DNA of 64,000 nucleotides, taken from contig OZ316897.1 in NCBI GenBank assembly GCA_973895155.1, forward strand, positions 9,323,832 through 9,387,831, read 5' to 3'. The DNA comes from Marsupella aquatica (taxonomy: Eukaryota > Plantae > Marchantiophyta). The position numbers and the translations under genes were made by a program. Positions 38,627-52,149 of this stretch are shown one piece after another. The notes beneath the pieces were generated by a model. That model made no database searches. It was not told the origin of the DNA and saw only the letters and a list, made by a program, of their open reading frames with translations. Position 1 is the stretch's first letter; every line of letters starts with the position of its first letter.

Positions 38627-41027
38627 TGTTGCCCCACCTTCCAGTAGTTCATGGGAAAAATTACACCAACTAAGTGATGGAAATTGAGGAGTTATTCCAT
38701 CCGGAATTTGAACTGGTTTCCATCCAGTTTTTGAGCCGGTGTGGACATACCATCCGCTAAAAAAACTACCATAACTCCATTTATCGAAATCAAGATCTGT
38801 AAAGTGTGTTGGAAAGCTCTTTCCGAGGCGGTTAAGATATATATAAAGAAGTTTGAAAATGGGTTTGAAATGACCCACTTAATATTATGAGTCTCCAACC
38901 GGTGCAACCAAGAGATATCCGAGATTTCTGGACAAATAATGGAATGAAGATTTTGAAGTGTTGTTTCCACACCATTAGACCTTCAAGATGACTGACTTTG
39001 GACCAATAGGAAGCATGATCCATGGCTAAGGACCTTAACCAATCAAAACGATTGACTAAGTATGAAAGGATACTATGAAAAGATATACCCATTCATTGGA
39101 AGATGGAGAGACTTGATAGTCGAATTCTTATTACTCTGGCACTCCTACATTTTGCCTACACCAATGGACACCATCTCAAGACCTCATTTTTGGAAACCTT
39201 TCACTTTGAAACCAAGAAATGTACTACCCGCTTCCTGTTTTATTACTACCTTTGGAGGTGTCACTTTCATGCCAAACCCTCTCAACTCCATTAACCCAGC
39301 AGTAGACTCCACATCGGTGAAGCCTGACACTTCAACTCCCAAAGAGTAAAAAGTTGTTCCATTCGGAAGTTGAACCGGTTTCCCATCCGGTTTCTGATCC
39401 GGTTTTGTGTTTTCGGCCTTATAAAACTTAGTATAGGAAGAATTAGACTTTGAATTTTTGCTGAGAACTTTATCTCATAGTCTAGTTTCAGACTTTAGCA
39501 TTACTTTTGACTTTTACACTTAGGTTAGGAAATGAAGAGGCATACCTCTTCAACTTTTGTTTAGAGGAGACTTGTCCCTAAGTATAAGAGGGAAAGTTTC
39601 CACCATTTTACTCAGACTTACAATGATTGCACTTTTGAAAGTCTCCTTCTTTGAAGAGAAGTAATAGATTTCATATTTATCTTTGGTAATCTATGACTTG
39701 TGTTTGGAATTTAGTGCGTGACCATACTTGCTAGAATCTGTTTGATGTGACTAACAATGCCATGCCGATATTCAGATTGACTGGAAATGCATGCTTGAGT
39801 TCATGCAAAGATCTGAATTCAGTCTGATCAGAGGAATCTCCTCTGAGTTCATGCAAAGATCTGAATGTCTCATCTGATTTGAGATGAGTGGCGAGAGGAG
39901 ATGAGACATTTAAGGCTCGCCTAATCCTATCTTTACGCCTCCGGCTTTTGGTTATTTTGTTATATTTTTAGAATTGATTATTGCACTGTTGATGATATAA
40001 ACATCACAATACCTGAGGATGTATTAAAAATTCCTTCCACCAGACCTAAGCATGTCGGTAAAGGCTTGAAATCCGAGATATGTTAGCTTAACTATCTCAA
40101 AGTATGTTAGAACAATCTTTTAGGTCTCACAAGCTCTTAACGAGAACGAACTTTGGTTGTTTAAGAGGATAAGAGTTCATCTTTCCCTAAACCCTACTCT
40201 ACAGATGTCCCCCTCCACGAGTCACCCTGGGACTCAATCTTGGGGTAGGAATCGGAAGAAACCGACTTCCGTATCGGGCTTACCCGTGGCCACCGTCGTA
40301 CTGGGCAAGCTAATCATGTATTGAATGGGGGAGAATGTCCACAAAAACATTCTCCACCCAAAGCATGCATGTTATCTGAAGACCCTGGAAGGGTTTAAGC
40401 ACCTCGCCGCCCTCCCTTGGAACACTTGCAGATATTATGTGCAAGACATGACGAAGTTCATTCAGAACTTTGACGAGGCCCGCCAATTGACCCGTGCGCA
40501 CGGATGGGTAATGTCCCTGATTGAGGAACGGCTTAAACTCATCTTTGGTCTACCCGAGGGATAAAATTGGGTGGGATCACAGGCACCAGGGGGCAAGGGA
40601 GCAAAGTACCAGTCCTCTACCTTCCCGGCCGAGGGAGCGGTGGACAATGGCTTCCTCATGCGGACATGCTTCATCCCGGAGATAGCGAAGCGGTTTGAGT
40701 TCTAGAGGTATGCGCTCTACATGATGGAGCCGTGGGGAGAGATATCCGTTGCCCAGGTGATCCAAGTCAAGAACTACCGGCCTAGGAAGTAGGCTTCTTT
40801 CTTTGTCAAGAAGTTCCACAAGGAGATGGAACGACGAAAGAAGACCTTGTACCTTGGGGGAGGGCGTACCTGGCAAGCCACATCAAAATTATCATTGAGT
40901 GGTACGCCCATTTTGACCATCGAACCCTTCCTCTATGCAACGAGCCCAAACTCACCTCGGCCAGGTGGGTCTTTCCGGCTCAGGAAAGGCGGCCCCAACC
41001 CGAGGCCTGGAGTCCGACCCCACAGAC
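38627..41027 (+). mobile_element. Probable Gypsy (Tat/Ogre-like) long LTR plus truncated internal accessory ORF
   Basis: About 1.6 kb LTR-like block with internal repeats (39797/39845, 38708/39370), ending ...ctctaca at 40203 and followed by gatgtcccc. A stop-riddled frame at 40325-40890 reads IFGLPEG...DNGFLMRTC...ASFFVKKF. Truncated where the Copia begins. Confidence 0.45.
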
Positions 41028-41297
41028 AACTGACAATGACAATTGATTAATTGATCACGAAAGAAAACAAGTCCCTAAATACAAAATTGTGGAAGGATCT
41101 GAAGATCCAACCGACACATCCATAAGATGTGCCACTACGGAATGTCCCTATGTAGAGACATTCCTAGTGTGTCAGTTCAGTCCTGAATAGGTGCAAGGAG
41201 ATCTAAGGGTTGATCTTCAACCTGACCTTAGATGTCCTATCAATCTATGTAATCTAGTCTAGGCCAATGAGTGAACTTAATTAATTGTATTCCAACA
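41028..41297 (-). repeat. Copia 3' LTR (outer ~16 bp missing)
   Basis: Matches 46429-46692 with about 7 substitutions and 2 small indels. PPT (minus-strand TGAGGGAGAG) at 41298-41307. Confidence 0.95.
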
Positions 41298-43840
41298 CTC
41301 TCCCTCAATTGAGGAATTCTTGACCTAGACCTAAGCCTAAAGTGTGCTTCTCATGTAGCCTTCGCGCCAATCCTTTGGACAGGTGAAGATGTCAGCTATC
41401 ATGTCCTTAGTAGAAATATGAACAATGGCAATCTCCTCCAGAAGTACTTGTTCACGAACATAGTGATACTGAATATCAATATGTTTTGTCTTATCATGAT
41501 GCTTGCTGGAGGAAGTCATTGCTATAGAACTTCGATTGTCACAGAAAATCTCTGTAATCTTTTGTGGCTTTTCTACTTCAAGAAGCAATCGTCGAACCCA
41601 AATAGCTTCAGTGCTGGCTTTAGTTAAAGCCATGTATTCTGCCTCAATACTGGATAAGGCGACGGATTTCTGCTTCCGACTGGACCAAGAGATTGGTCCT
41701 CCTGCCAGGAGAAAGCAAAATCCTCCGGTGGATTGGCGAGAGTCAAGGTCATTGGCATAAACTGCATCAGAATAGCCTTGAAGAATAAAAGGAGATGATG
41801 AAGCCAAATATTGTAAATAGTAAGACTTAGTCCCCTATAGATAGCGAAAAATGCGCTTAATAGCATGCCAATGATTAAGTCCAGGGTTAGACATAAATTG
41901 AGCAACGGTGCTCACTGAGTAGGCAATGTCTGGACAAGTACATATCATTGCCCACATCAAGCTGCCAGTGGCACTTTGATATGGAATGTTGGACATGGTT
42001 TGCAGCTCCTCCTGAGTAGAAGGAGACTGAACGGAACTCAGATGTAAACCAAACTCGTAAGGAGTAGAGATTGGTTTACAATGGTGCATATTGAACTGCT
42101 CAAGCTTACGTTGAATGTAAGCGGTTTGGTTAAGGCGGATCCAGCCTTGCTCGCAATTACGCTGGATGTGCATCCCCAAAACATGATAGGCTTCACCAAG
42201 GTCAGTCATTCGGAATTCATGACTGAGCAAATCTTTGACAGATTCAAGTAGGAAAGTGCTGGAGCTGGCAATAATGGTGTCATCAACATAAAGGGCTAGT
42301 AGCAAAAAATCAGAATTGTGACTTAAAACATAAAGACTATTATCAGCAGAAGTGCTGACAAAGCCAATTTGAAGTAAGGCATTATGAAAGCGTTCATTCC
42401 ACATACGAGCGGATTGCTCCAGGCCATAAATGGAGTGTTGCAGGAGACAGACCAAGTTCTTATTAGAAACTTCTAAACCTTCAGGCAAAGCCATATAGAT
42501 TTGTTGCTTCAGATCGCCATACAAGAATGCGACAATAACATCTAACTGGTGTAGTTCAAGATTGTAATATGCAGCAATTGCAATCAGAGTTCGCGGAGAT
42601 TGAAGTCAAACAGTGGGGGAAAAGGTTTCATCATAATCTATCCCAGGGACCTAGGTGAAACCTTTAGCCACCAGCCTTGCCTTATACTTATGAATCTTGC
42701 CATCATGAGTTGGTTTGATCTTGAAGACCCAGCGACAACCAACTATAGTTCTGTCTTTTGGAAGTGGAACCAAGGTCTAGGCCTGCATTGCTGCCATGTT
42801 GGCTAATTCAGCTCAGATGGCCTGACGCCAATGATGTGCATCGGGACCATAGACAACTTCATAGAAAGAAGAAGGTTCATCATGATTGCTAATAGTAGAA
42901 ATAAGAGCCCATCGCTTCTTAGCTTTCTCCATCTCCTTGAGAGAGTCATACTTCTCCACTGGGTGAGTGACTCGAGTGCTAGCCCAAATGATGGGTGGAG
43001 TAGCAGGTCAAGGGCGCCTAGAATAATGCAATGGAGTGCGACCTGATAGAGGAGAGGAGGGAATGATTGGAGAGCTTGATGGGGAAAAAGCAAGTAAAAT
43101 TGCAGAAGTAGGTGATACCAATGGATTGGGAACAGGAGACGGAGCTATGAGAGGTAGCTGTGGGTTAGGAGAAGATGGGATTTTTTTTGGATCAGCTTGA
43201 AGAGAAAAATCTTCATCATTCATAGATTGAGAAGGTGTCATAGAGACTGATCCAACTTGATCTTCCAAAACCACAGCATCGCGACTTATGATAATTGTCT
43301 TATCACTTCGTTTCTCTAATCGATATCCTTTACTGGTCTCACTGTAACCAAGAAAAATGCATTCAATAGTTTGAAAATCCAACTTCGATCTTGGAGAATT
43401 GACCTTGACAAATGCAGGGCTGCCAAAAATTCTGAGGTATTTTAATTCTGGTTTGTGACCAAACCATAATTTGTAAGGAGTTGTAGTAGGAGCTAATGCT
43501 TTGCTAGGACTCCTGTTTTGTAAATAATTGGCAGTCAGAAGAGCCTCTTCCCAATAAGTTTTGGGAAGTCCAGAATGGTATAACATGGATAAAACAGCAT
43601 TAACAAGAGTTCAATTTTTACACTCCGAAAACACCATTCTGTTGTGGGGTGTAGGGAACGGTGAACTGGCATTGAATGCCTTTTGATCGACAAAAAGAAT
43701 TAAAAGCAGACAAAATGTATTCGCCTCCATTATCAGACCGCAAAGTTTTGATAGTAAGAGGCTGATGCTGTGTTTCTACAAAGGTTACAAACTGTTGGAA
43801 TCTTTGAAAAGCATCAGATTTTCTCAGCAAAAGGTAAACT

Positions 43841-44505
43841 CCCTGGGCCCCCAGCCTTTGTAAACTAAAGAGGTATACGTGCGTACACCCCCCTCCCTAG
43901 TACCCCTTATTATTTTTGGAAGCCTATAAAAATTTCTCTTGTTATTCTTAAAAACTTAATTTTGGAGAATAAATCTGCCCCTTTGAGATATTATAATTTC
44001 ACATTTTACACCATTTATGAAAGCCTTGAAAAGTTATAAATTCATCATGTGCAAACGGTTCTAAAACTGACGGGAGTGTTTTGGAAGGGTTTTGGGTACA
44101 TACATTTTTGTGTTCGTGACCCTTTAACCCCAAACTTCAACTTTGGGGCATTTCTGAACCATAGGGCAGGGTAGTCAGGGTTCAAAAGCTCCAAAGTCCT
44201 AAACTACTCTGAATCATAGATGTTGCAAGCATAATTATATGTCATATACACATGTTCCAATAAAGGGTGGCCACAAGGACCAATCCTATTGTGACGCGTG
44301 TCACATCCATATTACATCACCTCTTGAAGCATATTAACTTGGGCGACATTTATATAAGCCTATATTAGTTAGAAAGGGTTCTTTGAATAAAACTATCCCT
44401 TGATATTTCTAAGCCAATTATAAAAATTAATCTCAAATCAGATTTTTTGCACCCTTCATCCGTTCGCACGCCCAGCCCATTATTAATAATGTTGGGGGCC
44501 CAAGG
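43841..44505. mobile_element. MITE family A, copy 2, inserted in Copia integrase
   Basis: Same TIRs as 13385-14031; TSD ggtaaact (43833-43840) / ggtaatct (44506-44513). Removal rejoins FIDDFSRYST-VYLL-RKSDAF. Confidence 0.92.
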
Positions 44506-45974
44506 GGTAATCTGTGGAATATCTGGAAAAGTCATCAATGAAAGTGATGAAATATCAATATCCAGTGTGAGTTGGAGGAGTGACTGGGCCATAGATGTCA
44601 AAATGAATTAAGCCCAGTAATCCTGAAGCTCGATGAGCCGTTTGTTGAGGAAATGACTGCCGGGTTTGCTTGCCATAAAGGCAAGAAGTACAGGATGATA
44701 GTTTGAAGGAGTTATGTGGAGTGATACCTGTAGCCATATTTTGTGACTGCAATTGTTGAATGCGAGATTCACTGATGTGACCCAAACGGCTATGCCAAAG
44801 ATCAGCATCACTTGTATGCACAACAGGTGCAGCAATGATAGAGGTTTTAGGCAAAACGGATTCGCCCAACTTGTATAAGTTTGTATCCAGCCGTGCAGTA
44901 GCAATATACTCACTAAGAGGATTATAAAGAACACATGTTCCTTGTTTGATGACAACAGATCCTCCAGCAGCATCCTGGAGTTTGGCAGAAAATAGATTCT
45001 TTGTCAATCCTGGGACATGAAGAACATCAGGTATGATACGGAATTTGCCTTCCTCAGTCTGAAGGGTAACTTCTCCCTTGCCTTTTATTTCCTGGGTCGA
45101 GTTATCCCCAAGAAAAACATGTTGAGGAGTATGAAATGCGGCATATGAAGAAAAATACTCGATAGAGTGTGCCATATGGTGAGTTGCCCCAGTATCCAGA
45201 TACCAAGTGTTATCTCCGGGAGCATGTACTGGAAAAGCCACAACATTGAAGAGATATGTTGCCGAATTTGCTTGAGAATTCGAACTTGCTTGGGAATTCA
45301 AATTTGTAGCCTCATCAGCAATTCGTTTTCGACAGTCCTTGATATGATGTCCAAGAATTTGGCAGTAAAAACATTTCAGTTGTTTTGGTGGATATTTTGG
45401 TGTAAAATTCTGATTGGAAGATTGCCAACCAGGTTTCAAAGATGAAGAAGATTCACCTTCAGCTTGAAAAGAATTTTGTTGAGAAGGAAAACTTCCTCCT
45501 CCTTGTTTATGAGGACCTACGCCTCTTCCACCAGGACGGTGGAAATCAATTCCACGTCCTCCTCTGAATCCAATCGATCTGCCATGACCTCTCCCAAAAC
45601 TAGGATTTCGGCCATAGTCTCTGTGATTTGGGGATCTTCCCACATACAGAGCCGTCAAATGTTCTGTACTTTGCGTTTTCATCATTTTCTCCTCTTGAAG
45701 GAGATAAGTAATAACTTTAGACAAAGTTAGTGCCATCTGTCCTCGAAGGGACGATAATAGTGGCTTGTAACTGTTTGGCATGCTTCTCATCAATGCCAGG
45801 AATTGATCTTCATCCGTGGTAGAACTCCCGGATGCTTCAAGTTGATCAACCAGAGTTTTAAATTGGTGAATGTGCTTGGTAAGACTTTCACCTTCCTTCA
45901 TCTTCAATGTTTGTAACTCATCTTTGAGATACATCTTAGTGATGGAGTCTTGAGCCTGATAAAGATCGGTCAAT

Positions 45975-46074
45975 TTCTTCCATGGAGCACTAGCGATTTT
46001 GACTTTGCTAATATAATTAAGCTGTTCTTCCATGGAGCACTAGCGATTTTGACTTTGCTAATATAATTAAGCTG
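45975..46074. repeat. Perfect 50-bp tandem duplication frameshifting Copia gag
   Basis: ttcttccatggagcactagcgattttgactttgctaatataattaagctg x2. Confidence 0.95.
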
Positions 46075-46400
46075 AGAATCTTCTAATCGATCTCCTATGT
46101 AATGCAACGCAATTGCATTTTGCTGTTCCCATTCTGTAATGCTACCTGGTCCGGTAGCAGGGGGATTGGAAGCAGCGGTGGGCTGTAGTGATCTACCTTC
46201 AACAATGTCTATTAAAGATTCGGCTGTAAGAAATAGAATCATGCGCATCTGCCATGAGTAAAAGCCTGAGCCATTGAATTTCGGAATTCGGTCAATCTTG
46301 AGACTAGGAGCCATTATTGAAGGGTAATTGGAAAGAAGCTAGTAGAAGGCGTCCCAACTACGAACTTCTTTGGAAAATTGAAAAACTAAGGATAATTACT

Positions 46401-46412
46401 GCTCTGATACCA
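46401..46412 (-). promoter_or_regulatory. Primer-binding site (tRNA-iMet)
   Basis: Minus-strand TGGTATCAGAGC directly after the LTR end ...CACA. Confidence 0.95.
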
Positions 46413-46692
46413 TGTGAGAAATGAGTAAAACTGATAATGACAATTGATTAATTGATCACGAAAGAAAACAAGTCCCTAAATACAAAACTGTGGAAGGATC
46501 TGAAGATCCAACCGACACATCCATAAGATGTGCCGCTACAGAATGTCCCTGTGTAGAGACATTCCCAGTGTCAGTTCAGTCCTGAATAGGTGCAAGGAGA
46601 TCTAAGGGTTGATCTTCAACCTGACCTTAGATGTTCTATCAATCTATGTAATCTAGTCTAGGCCAATGAGTGAACTTAATTGTATTCCAACA
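46413..46692 (-). repeat. Copia 5' LTR (280 bp, TG...CA)
   Basis: Minus strand TGTTGGAATACA...TTCTCACA. Confidence 0.95.
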
Positions 46693-47303
46693 GGGGAGAT
46701 GTATGGCGCTTTCCAGATTGTCATATCATCATGAAAACGATGTCTCAGATCCCCAGTTTGCCATTGCAAGTGAAGAAGAGAGCAAAAAATTTATAACCCG
46801 TCAGGATAAATTCGATACATGTATAGGATGACATATTGGTGACCGTGAACTGATTTCATTAGAGTACATGGCAATGGCAGTTTAAGTGAGGGATCCAATG
46901 GAGACTTTTTCATATCGCCAAAACAAAGCTATTTCTAAGACTGCCAGTCAATTGGCAAGTTGGATTCAATTCTTTCAGCATCTTGAGCTCCGACATCTGT
47001 ACTGCTGAATCTGCACACCATCATTGAAGCCATATCACATAGTAAGTGTTGGTCTCATTCAGAACAACAGAAGCAAATGAGTATAGTATACAGCAGCATA
47101 CCTATGTCTTCACTTGAAAGAAAAATGTTATTTTTTTCTAACTTTAATCACAATCAGCTTTCATGTTACTTATGCTAATCTTGAAAATTATCTGCTGCAT
47201 TCTGAACCTTACTACACCAACCTTAAAACGATTCTAAGAGCAGTGGTAGCCATTTACATGTACGCGCAGTGGTAGCCATTTACATGCACGCGTACAGGAT
47301 TGC

Positions 47304-49073
47304 TTACAAATTAATCCGTCTCCACTTCTTGCGATCTCTCCGATGCAATCCACTGGCCCTAGAGGGTAGTTTCCCATATCTGTGTAGGAGGGATCTCCGT
47401 GGCTTCTCCTCTTCAATTCCATTCTCTGTTATTTCTGTTGGGGGAGACTTGCTCTGATCTCCGGCTTCTCGCAGTCTCTTTCCTTCGGCTTGCAAGTCTT
47501 CAAGCATCTTCTCTGTTGTTCTACTAGTGATGCCCCTTACATACCAGTTTATGGGAGGTGGTGGCATCATAGCCGGCTCGACGACTTGGCGTAATTGTAC
47601 TAAAGAAGCTACCCTACCCATATCTGACTGTCTGTCTGCATCTACGTATAGTGGCTCAATAACCCATGATCCCTCAAAGCGCTTCATAAACCCTTCTTTG
47701 CCCAGCTGGTACGTTAACTGCCACATAATGTCAGACGATGTTTCAAACTTTAATATCAACACTTTCTGCTACACGAGCATCTATCTTTAACCGGGTGATG
47801 ACGCCCGACCGAGGCGGCGGTATATAGAAATCGAGTTTGTCTTCGCACTTATAAACAATATAGTTTCAGCAGCATGGAGAAGAGCACAAAGATCCGTATG
47901 CATTCAACCCACTACACTCTACCTAGAGCCAAGTCATGTCACTCTATTCCTAAAATACATGTTGCTTGGTTCTGCAAATGAATAATTTGGGCCCATATGG
48001 AGGGTAGAAGACCTGCGATAATGCCACAATATCTAGGAACTGCCCTGCACAGCTCAGTGTCTTAAAGTGAAACTTACCGACAGTGCTCTCCGGTCTTGCT
48101 CCACTTTTACGCAAACATCCAATGTCCCAGACAGCCACAGAAACCGCCAGATTGCAGCCTGCTCTACCTCAAGAATCTGTCGCTCACCATAATCTTCGAG
48201 CACCTTTCGACTTTTTACCTCCTAACACCAGCTTCAATGCATTTACTTCGAGTTTAGACACAAACGACGCTAGAAAATTGAACAAGGAAAATCAGGACTG
48301 AAATTGAAGTTAGGGCAGCTCACAAGACCGAGATCTTTCTGCCAACAATCACAAATTTGAACTGAGTACCGATCAAAGTACCGATAAAAAAGTCCTCTAC
48401 CATCCAAGCGATGAGCATGCGCACAAGAAATACTAAGCTAGCAACTAGCCGAAGGTATACTTGAAATAGGCATATACCTTGATGTCCTTGAAGACACGTT
48501 TGTTTCCTGGATCAGATAGGATGTCAAAAACAGCGAGAGGGGGAAGTCCCACTTTAAAGGTTGAATTGAGCTCACAAAGTGCACCGGCAGGAACTGTAAC
48601 CTGGTTGCAAAAGGGCCCAAAATGAAGCGCAGAAAATCAATATTAATGCCCTTGGCTAAAGCAATTGACAATCTATCAAACTAATCACTGTGCTGAACCA
48701 GCGACATGAAGAATGTTAGACCAAACGAGCTCATAATGCACCAACCTCAATTCTTGCTTTCTCATCCTCCCACGTTGGATTCATCTGCCATAGCTTTAGT
48801 TCCTTCCCAACATCTGGGATGATTTTGTCCGGAACTGTTGCTGACGCATTTTGCCGCATCAACCTGCTCTTGAAAGATTGTTGGCCTTGCTCAAATGCCT
48901 TTGAAATTCTAGGTAACGTCTCTGCAATAGAGGATTGGAAGCCCTGTAGTACAAATGTATCAATCACGTCAGGAGCATGCATGGACAAAGGAAGAGTGTA
49001 AATAACTACACTACTAGCTTTGAAATGACGATTTCACCGTCGATGCCCAGAATTGCCCCGAACAGTAACTCAT
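47304..49073 (-). CDS. DUF220-domain (SRPBCC/START-like) protein; host gene, about 304 aa; start codon uncertain
   Basis: Phase-0 exons with GT-AG introns: 49073-49038 (MSYCSGQFWAST), 48943-48746 (...LWQMNPTWEDEKARIE), 48600-48478 (VTVPAGALC...GLPPLAVFDILSDPGNKRVFKDIK), 48221-48078 (SRKVLED..RQILEVEQAAIWRFLWLSGT), 47717-47304 (GFMKRFEGSWVIEPLYVD...PPINWYVRGIT). No disablements. Confidence 0.85.
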
Positions 49074-52000
49074 GGGAAGTAAGATTTCATTCACGTCATT
49101 TCGGGGGACCAACTCAGTTGATTGGTTCGACTTCAATGTTAAGGGACAGAAGGCAGTCCCAAAATGGGAGGAAAACGGAATTTGCTTTTCCTGATCAGCT
49201 GTGGTATTTAGTCTTCTTCAAACGGGGATTCAAAGCCGTAGTTTTCGGCCTGCTGACACATTCTCTCAAACAAGGTACCCAATAGAGCATTTTCACCCGC
49301 CCACTTTCATGTCAACTTTAAGTCCCTTCATGTACCTGGTCCTAGTGTTACAACCTATAGGTCCCTTTGTACCTGGTACCTTCGCCATGTGAAATGTCGA
49401 TCAGGAGGTTCAACATTGACAGCCCCTGTCAGTGCCATAGAGAACGGCAACCTAAGGAGAATAAAAGTAAAAAATGCCGTTACTGGTGATCTTTAAGAGG
49501 TTATTGCCTGCTTAACATTCGAGTTTATCGCACACGCCAATTATGAAATAAACCAAAGCTGACATCTGCACGAACTGAAAGCCTTACATGCTTTTCAGAT
49601 TTTACTTCTCTTTGCTACCGAGTATGTAGGTATGATTAATTGACAAGGGTCTGCCCAACTTTCTGCCCGGAACTTCTTTACATGACGCACAGAACGATCT
49701 TTGAAAGAGTTTGGCAGTCGACTAAGGCCCTCGCGGCGTCAAGATGACTGAATTCCCCACAGCATCAACCAATTGAATCCCTCTACAGCCCGAACCGAAA
49801 TTCTCAAATCAATCATACACAAACTCTTACTAGTCCAACTTCGAAGCTCATCAGAAGGACACCTGATAATCGGCAGTCAAGAGCCCACACGAGAGGCAGT
49901 ATCCAATATGTATGAAGAAAACCCAAGCTGTGTGTGGGATGGCTAAGGGGGTGGCGCTGGCAATTCAATTCACCTGAACGGCGCTCTGCGCTCCATGCCA
50001 ACACTGGTCAACCGCACTACCAAAGTTTCGCCAAATTGGATGGTCGATCGTCATTTCTCTGACGAACTCTTCCTCGCAGCCCTCTCTCCTGCGCTCTGTT
50101 CCGCCCGTGGAGCCGCTGAATCGTTTCAAAGGAACTGAATGAAGCAGGCAGGGTGGACCGTCTTTCGTGAGAAGACGATCTCCGAGACCACGAAGATTAC
50201 GGTGGCAGGATTAAATTTGGCAATTCAAATGTCCCGTCCGCAGCAATCGAAAATGGAGTATCAGCAGGGCTGGAAGATCTTTGGTGCAGGTGGGCCCGCA
50301 GTTTCTTTGGATGTGGAAGGAGCGGTGGAGAAACAAAGTTTCCAAGTTGTGAGAAGATTTTACACATCTCTCCTTCGTCAGCGAAGTACCACAGCTCCCG
50401 TTGCGTATGGTAAGGCCCTCCCATGAGGGCATTCTCCCAAGTAAATAATTAAACCACACCTGCCCATCTAAAAGCACAATTCACTCCCTCACTACTCCTC
50501 ATTACTGTGGGTTAATACTGTCTCGAAATAAAAGGTGATCACTCACCTCCTTTTGTGGCGCTCAAGCCCATTTCTAAGAGCTATGGATAACCCATAGCTT
50601 TTTATAACGGCAATTGTGATTGAAGGGGTGTTACAAGAATCAGGAAGCAGGTCTTCCTTTTTTTCTATGTCTAAGATGCAATAGTAGCCATTCAGATGTG
50701 GTATTTTTTTTCAATGTATGAGATGCTCATAGCCATTCAAATGTGAGAACAGGCCAGACTTATCTTTGCATGACCTTAGGAGGCACAATCTGGCCAAACC
50801 ATTACTCATCCTAGTTGCGTGCTGGTATCATGGAGAAAATCATTTGCAATCACGCAACTAGGATACTAACACGCAACTGATCCCGTTTTTGCTGATGTAG
50901 CTATGCTTGAATTGATTTTTTCCATACCAGACACAGTTTAGCTCGGGCATTATAAACTTAGTGTATGCAATGGACCTCACATTTGCAATGGCTAAACAGT
51001 GACATTGTTGCCCCAAGTTATTGCAAAAGGCGTCAAGGCCCCTTGTCTCCTTTAATTTTATGTCAGAGGCTAAAATTGGACATATAATGAGTGTGAATGG
51101 CTGCAATTGGTTATACAAGAACTCGGGAGCCCATTTCAGGTATGGTGCATACCTATACTACATGGCAAGCAGTGGACCCAAGTAAATATTGATGTGGAGT
51201 GCTTATTTTGTCCAAAATTTTAGACCACCCCAAAGATGATCAAAACATCCCCCACTTTGGCTCCTTCATGCAAGGGATTTGCATTTAGTGAAGTTCATTT
51301 GAATGGAGATTTAGAGTCTCTCCTTAGAACGCAGTCTAACTTTGGAACAAGAAGTGGCCCTCCACTTTGGTTTGGTGAAAACCTTGAGGAATCACTCCTT
51401 GGATTATTGGAACAAGTGCAAACAAATGGAGGATTTTTTTAATCCTGTTGGGCCACTACTTATATTCAAAAACTTATATTAATTGCACTTTAAAATGTAA
51501 TTTTTGCAAATTTATGAAAGTCATATAATAAAGGGCACAAAGAATTTTTGACGGATTTTTCCAATTTATTTATTTTCAAAAATATTACTTTGTTTGCACT
51601 ATCTTACTAAACTTTGTTTGCAAGTATCCTTGATATTTTGTAAAGCTTGTTGCACACCTATGGCAAATGATACCCTTTGTCCAAGAAGACACCTTAATTG
51701 AGGTGGTCAAAAGTGGATTATGGTATGAGCATCAGGATCTCATTTTCACCTGGTCCAAGGACTATAAGTACCTTTGCCAACAAAAGGTTATCAATGACCT
51801 CCATTAGATATGGCTTGAGGGCCAAAACTAGGGGACCAAAGTTTGTCCAAGGTGGTAAGTATGTATATATCAAGGGGTTTAAAATTGGGTTACCCTTAAC
51901 CACAAAGAGCATGTAAACAAGTGTTCACCATCATCAGTGGTCAAGCGTTGTCTTACGCATGCCCCCTTGGCCCTCACTATGTGTAATTAATTAGTTTGAG

Positions 52001-52149
52001 GACCGCTTGTTATGTAAAACTTGTTTTATTGAACTATTTGGAGCCATGAAGAGTTGCACATGGGTTTAGGATTTAGGATACATTGGAATAGATAGATGAG
52101 AGGACAAAAATCAAATGGAGGATTCTCAATGAAGTGAATTTTAAAGGTA

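Larger units (their letters stand above)
41028..46692 (-). mobile_element. Near-complete Ty1/Copia LTR retrotransposon (inactivated)
   Basis: Paired LTRs, iMet PBS and PPT. Coding order is gag (UBN2-like, CFYCQILGHHIKDC), protease (WYLDTGATHHM), LWHSRLGH, integrase (TLRSDNGGEY, YTPQQNG), RT (LYVDD), RNaseH (GYSDA, EAEY, FCDN, KHIDIQYHYVRE). Confidence 0.97.

Noticed and set aside
50139-50426. 95-aa ORF divergent from DUF220
   Set aside because: No recognisable motif or splice support; likely a chance ORF in the promoter region.
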